From Azolla caroliniana (taxonomy: Eukaryota; Plantae; Polypodiophyta): DNA of 64,000 nt. Below, in pieces: positions 38,329 to 51,915 of the stretch (its first letter is position 1; each line of letters opens with the position of its first letter). The stretch covers positions 29,760,001 to 29,824,000 of the forward strand of contig JBHGNT010000001.1 of assembly GCA_043228905.1 (NCBI GenBank). Direction: 5' to 3'. Both the position numbers and the translations under genes were made by a program. The notes under the pieces are model-generated. The model was given only the letters and a program-made list of their open reading frames with translations. It was not told the DNA's origin and did not search any database.

Positions 38329-41300
38329 TCAAGCTAAATTAATGATGCACATTACTAGTAATGGGACTGTATTAACCACCATACTTTGAAGCTCCCTTTG
38401 TAGATTCACCAAATGCTCTCTTTTCGGAGGTCTTGCTTTGCTATGGGCATCTGCCATGCACTTAAGAACATCGGCAACTTTCAAGGTTGCAAAAGATACG
38501 GAAAAGAAGCTTGCTCCAATAGCCAAGCTAAGTACTTGGTGCTTGTCAAAAGATGCATTAATTGACAGCATTCTTGAGGCTACAAAGAACAATGAAGCCA
38601 TGCCCATGCCAGCCAATCCGATGGCAACCTGGTTTATAACACCCACAACCTGTCTCAATTTCTCTCTAGAAAGATATTGGACGCTCAAACCAATTGAATT
38701 TGGGCCAATGAACGGGTAGCTAAACATCACTTCACAAAGATGAAATGAACTCCTTTCAAACAGATCACGTGCCACCACAGATGACTTCTTTTGATTGTTT
38801 TTCCCCTTTTGCTTGCTTAGGTGACTGTTGAAAATTGGGAAGTAATCAAGCTTAACATTGGATTAATCCTGAATATTCATTGAGCTTTATGACACTCTTT
38901 GGATTCAATGTCATAGAGCTCCATAAAGCAAAAGCTAAGCTGATTTACCTTTTTGTCGTGGAGGTCATGGTCACTCGAGAAGTTGCCTCATTATTACTAG
39001 ATTCGCAAAAAACAAAACAAATAACTTTAAGTTAATAATATGACGAAAAAACAAAGTTAAATTAGAACTTAACTTTATGAATAAATAGCAAATTAAACAC
39101 AATGAATTTCGTAGAAATCCAATATGAAAACTGACAAATTTGTAACATAGATATAACTAGCTTCATAATCAAATATGTTATTAAATCACAAGAGAATGGC
39201 ATCATCAGATTGCATAGCCAGTTCACAGTAGGCCTTGATAGTGGGTTAATTAGAGATTGACTTTTGTCATTTTATATCTGCGGGTTGGGATCATAGGAAG
39301 GTACCATTAAGCAAAATTTCATTATGTCTATGAAGTTTCATTGTGTACTATTTTTTCCAAGGTTCACACGAATACATGTATCCATAAATGTAAGCACAAA
39401 CTGCATTAAGTATGTTCAGATAAATAATTACCACCGTGTAAGTGACATAGTCATATCTCCCGTTTTTGTTGAAGCATAAAATGGATCAAAAGCACTCCCA
39501 TTTTTGTGTACATCTATCCTGCTATTATTTCCGATTCTTGTGATGAGGGCATTTCCACAAAATCCAAGAGATAACCAACCCCATGAATTAGGTCTCTTTT
39601 CAGATGCTTCAAAGGCAAGCAAGTCTTTAACTTGCGATATAGACCTGAAAAAAAAGATACTCTCAATTTATAAATCACATATGTTTGATTACAGAAACAA
39701 AAAGACACACCTTTAAATTAGAAAGAATATTTGTTCCCGATAAATATAACAAAGGAAACATTAAGCATATAAGCATCTGATGAAAGAAACAAGGAAAACA
39801 CTGAATTAATGAAGCATATATGTTTCTGATTAAATAAAACCATTGACAATTCTGGTCTCCAAAAATTTAAACCAACTTGAATTATAAATCAACTTGACGC
39901 ATTAAGCATATGTGTCTAAAGACAAGGTAAACCTCAGTTTGCGAAGCATATATCAATTGATTAAAATGAGCACTCGAAATTACTGTTCCAGAAACATTTA
40001 AGCTACCCTTGATTCATACATCAAAGAACAAAGGGAACCTTATATTTATGAATTACATACATTTCTGATAAAAAACAAAGTGAACTGTCAGCTTACATAG
40101 TCTGTGTATTTTTTATTTTTAAAAAAAAAGAAAAAACTCAAAGAATCCATCTTCAAAACAATAAAACCAACCTTGATTCACACACAGAAGCTTCTTTACA
40201 AACTCCCCAGTTCTCGTAACCAATCTGTTTGAACCGATCAGACTCTGTACGGCATGCACAAGCCCTCGATGATATATTTTCAAGTTTTGAATCTTCCTCC
40301 TTCCAAGATTCGAGAAAACGCGGGAGAGACGTATCACGAACGAGCTTTCCCGAGAAAAATCCCTGATTGCAATGAGCTCTGCATTCATGAGCTATTGCTG
40401 GGGATCGCAAAGGCAATGGATAACCTGGTTGTTACAAAAGAAGGAACAAAATATCACATAAATTATTAAAGGAGGAACAAAAGAATGTTATACTAATTAA
40501 CAATTTTAAACTTAAATAATTAGAATGTAGTTATAAGCGGCTAACATTTACATATGCAACATAAGACATCTCTGTCAGCAGTACAGCATTGCATGTGAAA
40601 TGTAACTTCCGAACTTGAGACATCTCATAAATGCCTATTATAGAAATCTCTATCAAGAAACACCAACAGAACAAGGACACTAAGCATCTCCGGAATCATA
40701 CATCAAAGAAGAAAAAACTACCTTGTTGGCTTTTATCCTAAAACCCTGAATGCCTCATATGCTTCATTTGTTTTTGGGCGCAGATGACATACTTGGTTCG
40801 CTTCTACATGGAATGCCTAAACGACTATTATTTAGACACGTTTCTGAACTAACCTGTTGGAATTTTATACGAAGGGAACCATTCCAATGAAAATATATAC
40901 ATTTTATTGCAAATTCCTATACACGTGAGTGCTATCATCATTCTATAAATCTATGGAATTTAATCCTAAATACATATAAACTGTGTAGTATTTTCAGATA
41001 GTTTCTATAAATCTGCAGTATTTTCTCGTGATTTCGTAAAAAAAATGGTAATCCTAAATATTTTGACACACGAAAGGTAACCAAACACAAAAAAATGCAA
41101 TGTTTTCAGTTCAGATTAGTACAGAAGTGTTTAGAGCCAAAGACATAAAAATGGAATAAAAAGCTACATACCTGGATTAGATTCATTCTTTTCAATTTTG
41201 CTCAAATTTGAAAAGTCCTTTGATTTCACAACCCTTGACCTGCCACATGAAGATCCCTGCAAGACATGGAAAACCTGCAACATCAGGAGGGAGAGAGAGA

Positions 41301-42002
41301 GAGAGAGAGGAGCCTTCCGGATAAAACTCAAAATCAGGAAAACAAAATCAAATAACATTTTTTAATAAATTGTAGCATGTGGAAGCTGGCTCAAAAGAGA
41401 AAAAGAAAAGAATTCTCCAAATAAAATTAAAGCAAGAAAAAACCAAAACCAACGAAATCTGTCACAGATTCTACATATTCAGGTAGTGTTAGGAGGCAAA
41501 GAAACATAGGAACCCCTGTCATAACAGAAAAAAAAACATAATTCATTGCAGTTTGTTAAGGATCTTCACAGAATCTATCAGGTAAATTTGAGCAGTCAGC
41601 TAAGCTTTAACAGGAAAACCAAGTCAAAGCATAATCCATAAGAATCCTTTAAGGACAAAATACACGGAATCTATGGAGCAAATTTAAACAAGAAAACAAT
41701 AAGAAAGATAACAATACGCAGAAGCTATTAGACTAAATTGGAAGGGAAAGAACATGGGATCGATCCCACAGAATTAAACAAGGAAACATACAGACGGCTA
41801 AATTCAAACAATAAAGAACACAGAATCAATCACACAGAGCTAAACAAGAGGAGGCACAGAAGAAAAATATATTACATAAAATGAAATTAAACAAGAAAAG
41901 AAAACAAAGAATCTATCAGATGGATCGAGAGGGGGGGGGGGGGGGGGGGGGGGGTACCTCAAAGGAGGGCAAGTGATGAGCCCTGAAGCAAGGGACCGCC
42001 AT
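38329..42002 (-). CDS. Uncharacterised multi-exon protein with C-terminal hydrophobic segments
   Basis: First exon MAVPCFRAHHLPSFE|gt, internal exons near 41275-41172 and 39645-39432, and a long last exon (RDLFERSSFHLCEVMFS...VAIGLAGMGMASLFFVASRML...). The exact exon set is not resolved. Confidence 0.6.
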
Positions 42003-44540
42003 GGAAGCAGCTTGCTTCCGTCCGCGCGCGCTCTGTGGTCTCTCAGAGGTTGAGATTTTCCATGGCCAAGACGTAGAGGCTTCGGCGGCCACAAGATTAG
42101 ACGGGGACTGGGACTGGGGCTGGGGCTGGGGCACCTGTGAAGGGACCCCACCTCCTCCCTCTCTCACCCTTTTTATTTATTACATTCATCACATACATTA
42201 TCAATCATAATATATCATATTGATATATGTATGTATGTACATACATACATATTCTTGTCTATGTACATATCTAAGAGAGTGGGTGGGGTTGGGGGGGGGG
42301 GGGGGGGGGAGGACATGCTCCTTCTGGGCTGGCTTCGTGCAGCTCGGCCCTGGCGCACCCAGAAACCATTAATGGCCATGACGAGCTTTTGCATGGAATG
42401 GCACAACACTCACACTCACACACACACCCCAACATCACCTAGAGTCCTGAACCCAACATCTACCCCATGGACCGCGATTTGATTGTGAACTAGTTAGTAG
42501 TATCGTTCCTTGCAAAGGTTCGAGGCAAAGTTGCTCATGTTCGTAACCTACGAAATGTCTTGAGGCAAGTTGCTCGTGTTCTTATAACCTGCGTTATTGC
42601 CATGTGTCTCATGATTTGTTGGTACACCTGCTGGCATCATGCATCCTCTGGTGCACCTTAGATCTTTTTTTTGTTGATGACGGGCCTTGTGGACAACCAT
42701 ACAATAACAAGCAAATGGAAAATGTAACTAAGCCGCATCAACAGGGAGATTTACGACACTTCAACATGTTGACTCCCTTTAGGAATGGCAAATTAATTAC
42801 ATGATGTAGACTTTTGAGGAGCAACTCCATGGGCTTTTTAAACCATAGGTGGGGAGGTTGATGCCAAAAATGTGAAGATCAAATCAATTATATCTTGACA
42901 AAAGATGACAAATGCTACCTTTGCTTTCTAGGTTACTATTGACGAGTTTATATAATAGGTCTAAATTACACCCTACGAACATCTAGGGTATGATTTTGGA
43001 CAAAGTTGCAAGTTCCCTAAATTTCAAGTAATAACATGTGATGGTGCAAATTAGGTTCATTATTATTTCTAGGTGATCTCTTTAGTTATGGTTTGTTGCA
43101 CATTTTTTATGTATAAGGAATATATCTCGATATTTGGAATTAACCTTGGATGCAATGAGCAAATTATGCTTCCAAGTGACACTCCGTTATGTGCATTTCT
43201 AGTCAAACATTATACATTGAGTTGTTACAATGCATTTGGGCTACAAGTGCAAAGCCTTTGGGATTCATGAGAACTGCATCTTCATAATCTTTGTAGTAAC
43301 ACATCATAAAGTTATCAATGCAATGAAAGCAGCAATTAACTATGACATAGTCATTGCACATTGTAAACCAAACTTTCCAAGCCATGAAAGGGGGGTGGAG
43401 CAAAACAAAAAAAAGAATCAAGTTGAAAAGCAATATGATTGACAAACATTTTCAACAAAACTGTTGTTTTTTTATTAATTATATTTATGACTTTGGTTGA
43501 TCTAAATCTTATCAATAAATTGATAGTCCCACACATTGCCATTCTTTCTCTTCATTTATAATGTTTTCTAACATTGTTTTATCATTACACTACAAATCAG
43601 AGAAGAGACATTACAATGTTCTTTGCACCATGTATTGTTTAGTTTCTTAAAATGTATGTACAAGACACATCTAAAGGGTGAGTGTTTCAGCACAAATGTA
43701 GCGGGGAAACATTTTTGGTGCGCTTTTCTCCCTAGCAATTTGATTGACAGAAATTACAATCTATCTATACAAATGTAGTATCTCAAGTTAAAGAGATTGT
43801 AATTTCGGTTTTTGAAAGATCTCTGAAGCAAAGAAAGCACTTGCAATGACGAGAGATAATGGCTTTTATCTGTCAATAACAAGTGTGGTGAGTTCATGGT
43901 GCACAAGGTTGTGGTCTACATGCATGAAAAATTGTTGTTGCTCAATCTATTGTAACGCCTTTACTTGTGTAGCCAATGATTGACTTGAGGTAGGAGTGAT
44001 GGGGCTAAGAGAGAGAATGAAATAATGAAATGAAATGAAATGGTGTGTCTACATAAGATCATATTGACCCATTAGAGCAAAAGGTAATACAAACATCAGA
44101 TAAAAATGTGTTTGAGGGATAACTTCAAGAGATGCGAAGGATACACAATTTATAATCATCTTAAAATGGTAACCAAAATTTTACGGATACAAACTATAAA
44201 AAAATATTAGTTATGGCACACCTCTATTGTTTTGCATAACCCTCTCGAAACTAATACACTAACAATCGTGAGGATACGTGTATTTAAGAGTAGGACACAC
44301 TAAAAAATTGTTTTTATCCGAAATTTTTTGATCATAAGTGAACAAGAAAGAAGCAAAGCAGCGCAAACAGTATGACATACACCCCTGCTGATGCTTTTAT
44401 TTATCCTTTTCACTGTTTTCTTTATTTAGACATGATTCCCTCTTAACAAGCTTGGTTACACAAACTCTCATGTACAAATAACACTAATGAAGATATGTAT
44501 ATTAATCATATGAAGCACTAACAATAGGTTCTGAAAAACA

Positions 44541-46104
44541 CTATCCGAAAACTTTTGACCATAAGTACACAAGAAAGAAGCAAAGCAGTGCAAACAGTAT
44601 GACATGCACCAGGTGGTTTGAGCCTTGCTGCACTATGCTTTTATTGAGCCTTTTCATTGTGTTCTTTATACCAGCTTGGGCTTTCAAGACAGTAGATTCC
44701 TGCAAATTACATATACATCCTTGATAATAACAATAGAAATTAGAACTGTTTGATAATGGTAATTTCTAACGTTTTTCTATTCTTTTTCCTTTTTAAGGTT
44801 AGTTGATATTTTGGAGCATTGATATTTCTTTTATGTTTTAACCATTTTTTCTGGTGTACTTTTACATTTCAAACGTTTCTTAGTGCTCTTTTTAATTTTC
44901 TATCACTGTAATGCTTTCTAATACTAGTGATTTTTAGAGTTCTTGTTATGGTTTTTCAATGATTTTCTTCAATTTTGAAACAGAAACACAATCTATAAAT
45001 TATTTTCTTGTGTTTCATACCAGCTGACTGAGCAACTCATTCTGGTACTTTGCTTCAGTCTCTATCGCTAAAGCTACCTGTACATATGATAGAAACGATC
45101 ATAAGAAAAAAACTATAATCAAAACACTAAATTTGTGCATTTGCCTTAACTACAGCTCACTCAACTGCCAACTTACCCTTTTCAGATTTCCTACTCTGCT
45201 ATGAAGCCCTTCAATTTCTTCATCAACATCACCCTGCAATACATCCACTCTCACTTGCAACTGATCACTCGTTGATGCTGATGACCTGTTATTTAGACCT
45301 TGCCTATTGTACAACGAAATCTAGGTGTATCAGAGTCTTTCAGAAGTAATATATATGCACAAATGTATAGTAGTAGATATTTTATATATACGAACACAGC
45401 ATGTGTGTATATGGATATGTCTATGTATATACATGTTTATAATATTTAGACCAACATGTATATATGTATTTGTCGATGTATATGCTGATGACCTGTTATT
45501 TAGACCTTGTCTCTTGTACAACGAAAATTAGGTGTATCAGAATCTTTCAGAAGTAATATATATGCATACATATATAGAAGCAGATTTATTTATATATACA
45601 CACACATGTGAGTATATGTATTTGTCTATGAATATACATGTGTATAATACATGTATGGATGTATAATTGTGTATATATGTGCAAAAAATCGAATGTGCAC
45701 AAGGAATCTTACCAAGACCTCTGGTTTAAAGACATGATATATGTGGATTACGCTCACTTCAAATCTTCAACTTCCTGAAGTAAATCACAGATACAACTTT
45801 CTAAGTTCTTGCAATGCCATCTTTAAATTTATCCATGAGTAATACCTCCCATCTTTACCTATGTCCAATGTTAGAATGGATCTCTACATGATATGAAGGA
45901 GATGAAAAGTACAACAAATGTATTCATAAACCTTCCACAAAATAACAAAATATTTGGGTCATTATATACAATGGTTTCCATAAAGTAAACACCTCCTCAA
46001 CATTTGAGAAATGACGGAATAATTCTAAGCATGAAAAGAAAACCCAAAAGAACGCAAAGGATAGATATCAGCAAACTCCAGTATATCGATATGATTCCTA
46101 AAAG

Positions 46105-46140
<36 letters not shown>

Positions 46141-47255
46141 AGATCCAATTGCAAGAGGAAAAAGAAATCAATGCATATATCCTGATGTTGTGATGAATCA
46201 CTGGAAAAACAGAACAGTTCCTAAGGACCGCGGGGGCTGTCTCTTAATGTTAAATCTGCATCTAGATTTGATTAATTTATGCAATTCTGCATACGTAGAT
46301 GGAATTCATACAGTGAAACTGTAGTTTTGTATACATTTTCCCTATGCTTGAAACAAACCATTCAAATATTTGGCAAAAATACACCCAATGAAGAATGAAA
46401 TAAACTATTCAAATACTTTACAAAAATACAAGCTGAAAGGAAATGAACTATCCAAATACTTAACAGAAATACAAGCTGAAGGGGGATAACATCCAATCCA
46501 ATCATTCATTGACGAATTGTCACAATAAACCCCACTTCTGTAATAGTGCTGATACTGCGATAGTTAATTCCACATCTATACATAGAGCATATATATGATA
46601 GACAAACATATGCATCATATATATACGTATGTACATAAATGAATGCATCATGTACATGGGTATTTATGTATTTATGTATGTATGTATGTATGTATGTGCA
46701 TATGTACATGGGTATTTATGTATGTACGTATGTAGGTATGTAGGTGGCTATCTGCCAACTATATAATCCAATTCCCATCTTAATCTTCAAAAATATAGTT
46801 CCCAATTTGGGAAAACGTGAATATAACCCAGTCAATCACCTAGTACAAGTAGCTGTGACAAGTGTAAGGATTAGAACGTTCTGTTCCTTCCTTGCCTGAG
46901 AATTAATCCCTTAATAAGGTCAGTTAACCCTAATCCAAAATAAGGCAAAAAAAATGCAGGCGTTTTATCAATGTGTTTTTTTCCGAACAGTTTTAACCCT
47001 AATCAAAAAGAAGAGAGAAAAAAATGCACGCGCTTTGTCAATGTCTTCTTTTTCGAGCAGTTGCTGTTACTGCAGAACAAAATCAATGGCTGAAATTTGA
47101 GCAATTACATATGGAGGTTTCAATTTTACAGTCAGAGGACGTCCCTACACGCAAATCCTAACCTTAATCCTAACCCAAAAAAAACAAAACAGATTTGAGA
47201 TAACATATGAGATCAACAGAGTAGAAGAAGGCAGGATTTACTCACACGAATCCAT
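44541..47255 (-). CDS. Bet1/SFT1-like Qc-SNARE; absent from the ORF track, 5' exons uncertain
   Basis: Exons ~45232-45176 GDVDEEIEGLHSRVGNLKR, ~45077-45021 VALAIETEAKYQNELLSQL and ~44699-44541 ESTVLKAQAGIKNTMKRLNKSIVQQGSNHLVHVILFALLCFFLVYLWSKVFG* give a SNARE helix plus tail anchor with GT-AG junctions. Confidence 0.85.
45274..45655. repeat. Two-copy ~207-bp intronic tandem duplication
   Basis: atgctgatgacctgttatttagaccttg...gtacaacgaaa...taggtgtatcaga...tctttcagaagtaatatatatgca occurs at ~45275 and ~45482. Confidence 0.85.
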
Positions 47256-47340
47256 CGGACCACTGCTCCTCCTCCTCCTCCGGGAATTACATATGTTTCC
47301 AGCGTAGATCCGCATGTGCGTTCTTTTGTATGTGATTTAG

Positions 47341-47890
47341 TTCTGCTTATACACGGTACATAACGTGTGTTTTGGTCGAAGCATACGCATACGTGTATAC
47401 ATACGGTAGTAAAATACGTGCGGATGCGGATGGGTATGTATACGTACATATATATATGAGAATATGCATATGTAAATGTATGCGAATGCATATATGATAT
47501 ATATACATATATGTATATGTATATGTATGTATACGTATACAATTGTGTATACTTATGTCGATGCGCGTACGTATATATACCATATGTATGTCGATGCGTA
47601 TACACAGACAAGTATATATTTTTGTTCTGCTTATACACGGTACATAACATGTGTTTTGGTCGAAGCATACGCATACGTGTATACATACGGTAGTAAAACA
47701 CGTGCGAATGCAGATGGGTATGTATACATACATATGTATATGAGAATATGCATATGTAAATGTATGCGAATGCATATATGTATATGTAAATGTATTTATA
47801 CGTATACAATTGTGTATACTTGTGTCGATGCGGGTACGTATATATACCATATGTATGCCGATGCGTATACACAGACAAGTATATATTTCT
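47341..47890. repeat. Two-copy ~284-bp alternating purine-pyrimidine-rich tandem repeat upstream of the SNARE gene
   Basis: ttctgcttatacacggtacataac occurs at 47341 and 47625; both units end gatgcgtatacacagacaagtatatattt. Confidence 0.9.
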
Positions 47891-49111
47891 GTTTAAGAGG
47901 AGAAACACAATTAACATTGACACACTCTAGCATGGCTAAGCAGCACATACGTACATGTACAATCTTATCCGCACCACACCCTTATGGATCTAGGACATGT
48001 GTCATGTCCACCCATCGTGCTTTTGTCCCTCCCAACTGTGATGTATCTGCTTGGATTTTGAGCAAGGTTCATGATATAACTCAGACGTGTTACACTACCT
48101 CCTCTTATTGCTCCTTTCAAAACTAGAAACATGGCTTTGTTATGTCATCTGAACATAACATTGGCCCGTTATTACTTCATGACATGGTAATCCACCCCCC
48201 TTGGATAAAAATCTACAATGCATATGTTTCCCACTTTATATTATCGGAATCTCGATTAATTATCAACCACCAACCCAACCCACCACTTGTAGTAATTTGA
48301 CATTTAAAAAACAACGCTTGTGATATCTTTCACTTTGTTGATAGAGCTTCCTTTGTGGTTGCATTATATGCTCAATGAACACCCCAACAATGTCTAACAT
48401 TTTCGATAATGGATTTTTGCGTCTCCATTTTGGGGGTTTTCACATGTCATTTGTAAACAAAAGAGCAATTTCCATCATAAAAGGAATGGAACGACGTATC
48501 ACCTATTAGGATTGCAAACAAAGCAAGTACTTTCATTAGTCGAAGATAAGACACAAATTATATGCATAAAAAGTTTGTCGAAACAACCATAGTGTGTATA
48601 TACAAATTTACAATCAACAGAGTAATGCAAGCACATACAACAAATAAGAATCACAAAACCCACTATAAATTTGATACCTTGTACTTTCAAGTGAATTCTC
48701 TCTAAAATACGACACAAATTCTCTCTAAATTATGACATACTCTATCTTTCTTTCTTGAATACGTGCAACTTGTGAATTCCTATGCTTTGAGAGCATCACC
48801 ACCTAAGGTATCATGGGAACTCATTAACTAAGCAATACATTATCACCATAGATGGATTGCAGCATCAATGCTTCGGAAGATAAAACAATAGATTATTGGG
48901 GGGAGAGGACCTTGGAATGGGGTGTTGGCATCATCATGGGGTAAAAGGTCAAAAGGGGTATTTTAGGAAATAATGAGAACAGAGGGGAGGGGTATTTGAT
49001 GGGAAATAACAAAAATCCCCCCAAAGTAAAGAAAAATCAGTGTAGCGGGGGATTCAGAATTCTGTTTTTGTCCGCTTGTGTCTCTGCTCGTGGGTGTGTG
49101 GCTGTTCAGCG

Positions 49112-51915
49112 ATGAAACTATGTCTGATTTTAACGATGATGGCCATTCCCCTACTCTTCTTCAGCTCCAGATCTGTGAGAGCAGATATTCTCTCTCTCGA
49201 AGATGCTACCTTCACTGATAAGGTGCGTCTCCCCTCTCTCCCCCTTTCGGAAAAAAAACAAAGCAAAAGATGGATGTAATTCCTGCATAATGTTTCAAAA
49301 TTATTTTTTTTCTTGCAATAAATGAAAACAGGATGCAGGATTATTTTTGCATCGGATCCTCTTTTTCTTATTTGTTTCCTGTTCTTTTTAAAAATGTTTA
49401 AGAAAATAGGGCCTAGATTTATCAGATCTTCCCATTTCTAATCAGTCGGTTGAAATGTGTAAAAAATTAGAATAAAAAAAATGTTTTTCTCTCGGAGGTA
49501 AGAATTATAGGTCTTAGGGAAGGTATATTCATTATTTACTCCAGTATAGGATTTTATAGTTTGGTATAGCAATTTATCACTTTGATATGGGAATGATCAC
49601 AGTTGTATGTGAGTTGGCCACTTGCACGTATGAGTTCGTGGCTTTGATAAAGGAAGTTGCCACTTTGATATATGGATGTCACCTTGATGTCAGAATCACG
49701 AGTTTGGTATTTGAACCAGTCACTTTGATGCAGGGATTTATGATTTTTTGCTATTAGAAATTCGTAAATTTTGTAAATTCGATATAGGGATTCATTCCCT
49801 TTGATATAGGGAGTGACAAGGGTATGTGTGAGCTCACATTGCATGGCATATAGTCATGTGGTCTAGAGATTCAAGCACAGTTTTCTTGACCAGGATTATT
49901 TGGCATGGGTAAGTCTTCAGGAAGAGTCTTGCGTGAGGAACTCTTCATGGTCCATTCCTTTCCCCATAGGAACTTCACAGCCCCATGTCAAGAGATGGCT
50001 GTTCATTCGAGAATTACCGTGTATGTACATGCTTCATGCGAGTATACTAGATCATGTATTTTTCAATGTGTAATTGATAAGTGTTATGTCAGAATGCAAA
50101 GTTGTCTTAAAACTCTCTTTTATTTTTTTCATCCTTTCAGGTAAAGGAGAAGGATACCCTTTGGTTTGTCAAGTTTTGCGTGCCTTGGTGTAAGCATTGG
50201 TAAGTGATTTCTTTTTTTTGTAAAAATCGTTACCAAAGGCGGAGACTATCAATTTTAAACACCAAGTTGGACTTGAATTTGGCATCTGAGATGTTGGGTG
50301 TTCCAAATATCACACGATTATAATATAGGCCAGAACATTAACCTTTATAATTCCTCATTTTATGCTATTTGTTTTCTGTACACTATCACCCATTTGATCT
50401 GTAAGGTTAGAAGACCTTTATGCATTGGAGGAGGCAGCCTTATATACGCGTTAGTAGGATCATGAGGTGTCAAGGTCCATAGAAACATTTGTTCAGATGC
50501 TATTGATAATGACAGACATTGATAAACTCAATATGGTAGCTGACTGCTGGATACAACTAGTAGTGCCAATATCACAGAGACTGTTATGATAAACATCATA
50601 GCTTGTTAACACCAAATTGGGTCATGGCATCAACACTAATCAACTCCATGTGATGGCCTGAAGAGGCAAGCAAACCAATAAATTTGATCCTGCAAAGTAT
50701 ATGGCAACTAAAGTGATCTCAAAATTAGACACATCAGCGCCATTAGTATGGAGTAGTTCAGTGTAAGCAACATTGGAAAGAAAATGAGAAAGGATGAATG
50801 TTCATACTCCCATGATCAAAAGCAGATCAAGGAGCAATTGCAGGTCAGGAATAATTATACAGTAGGGGAACATGACTGATCATACGAGAAACAGCACAAA
50901 AAATGGTTAACATGTTCTAGTTCTACCAACATGTACCTCATAGTGCATTTATTTTGTCTCTTGTAACACTTATTCATAGTGGGGAAAAGCTGCTTTAGAT
51001 CAATATATCCAATGATTCACTAGTATACTGAGACCTTCCAGAAGATCCCCCATTTAGAAGAGAAAGTTGATACAGAAGGCACTGATAAACAAGTCAATGT
51101 ATTCTGATTGAGCCTCATGAAAATAATGCCACGATGCTGCTGTGTACATTATAATTTTGAAATACCTTTTATGATGCATTCTCAAACTAATATTTCTCTA
51201 ACATTTGCGATGAATGTTGTGGTGCACAGCAAGCAGGCTCAATCAATATGGGAAGAGTTGGGGAAAGATGTAGAAATGGAGGACAGTGTTGAGATTGCCC
51301 AAGTTGATTGTACAACAAGCAAGGCAACATGTACAAATGTGGGGATTCGATCATATCCAACATTGAAACTGTTCTACGATGGAGAGGACCATAAAACATA
51401 TAAAGGTAGTTTTTGTTATATATATTATTGTAGAGTGTCTTCTGTAAATCATTTAGAGGGCAAACATAGAAGCTCGACAATAAAACATGATACATTGCAA
51501 ACATGTGCTTTATTTGCTCAACTATAACATTGAGTGCCGTCGTAATGCATGTAGCATGTATATCAGTGAATAAGAAGGTCCTCCTTCCATTGACCTCTCA
51601 AATATCTACACTCTTCAAACTTAATGAAGATGCATATAAAGGTTCAATAAGGCTCTTTATATGCATTTCTTCAAGGTTTAAGAACCCCTACTCGGGGTGA
51701 CTCTCACATATACCACTCTGTAATCTTCATCGGAACTGCTTGTTCAAACATTAGGCTCTTTTCGTCCCGTAGAACTAATGAATCTTTAGGTGACAAAATA
51801 TTTGTGATTAGATCTTATGGTTGATGGTGTAGGAAAGCGTGACCTTGCAGAGCTAAAGAAATTTGCAATGGAAGCTGCACTGAATCTAACCAATGTAATT
51901 CATGAAGAACTTTGA
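49112..51915 (+). CDS. PDIL5-1: Protein disulfide isomerase-like 5-1 (single thioredoxin domain), 4 exons
   Basis: Signal peptide, then ...TFTDK|VKEKDTLWFVKFCVPWCKHC|KQAQSIWEELGK...VDCTTSKATC...SYPTLKLFYDG|GKRDLAELKKF...HEEL*. Has a WCKHC active site and an ER-retention-like C-terminus. Confidence 0.92.

Noticed and set aside
47213-48126. Long Tyr/Ile/His-rich ORFs on both strands (167-236 aa)
   Set aside because: Artefact of stop-poor alternating TA/CA/TG repeats.
48000-48910. Possible LTR-retrotransposon 3' remnant with a purine tract near 48897-48909
   Set aside because: Too degenerate; no LTR pair or convincing peptide.
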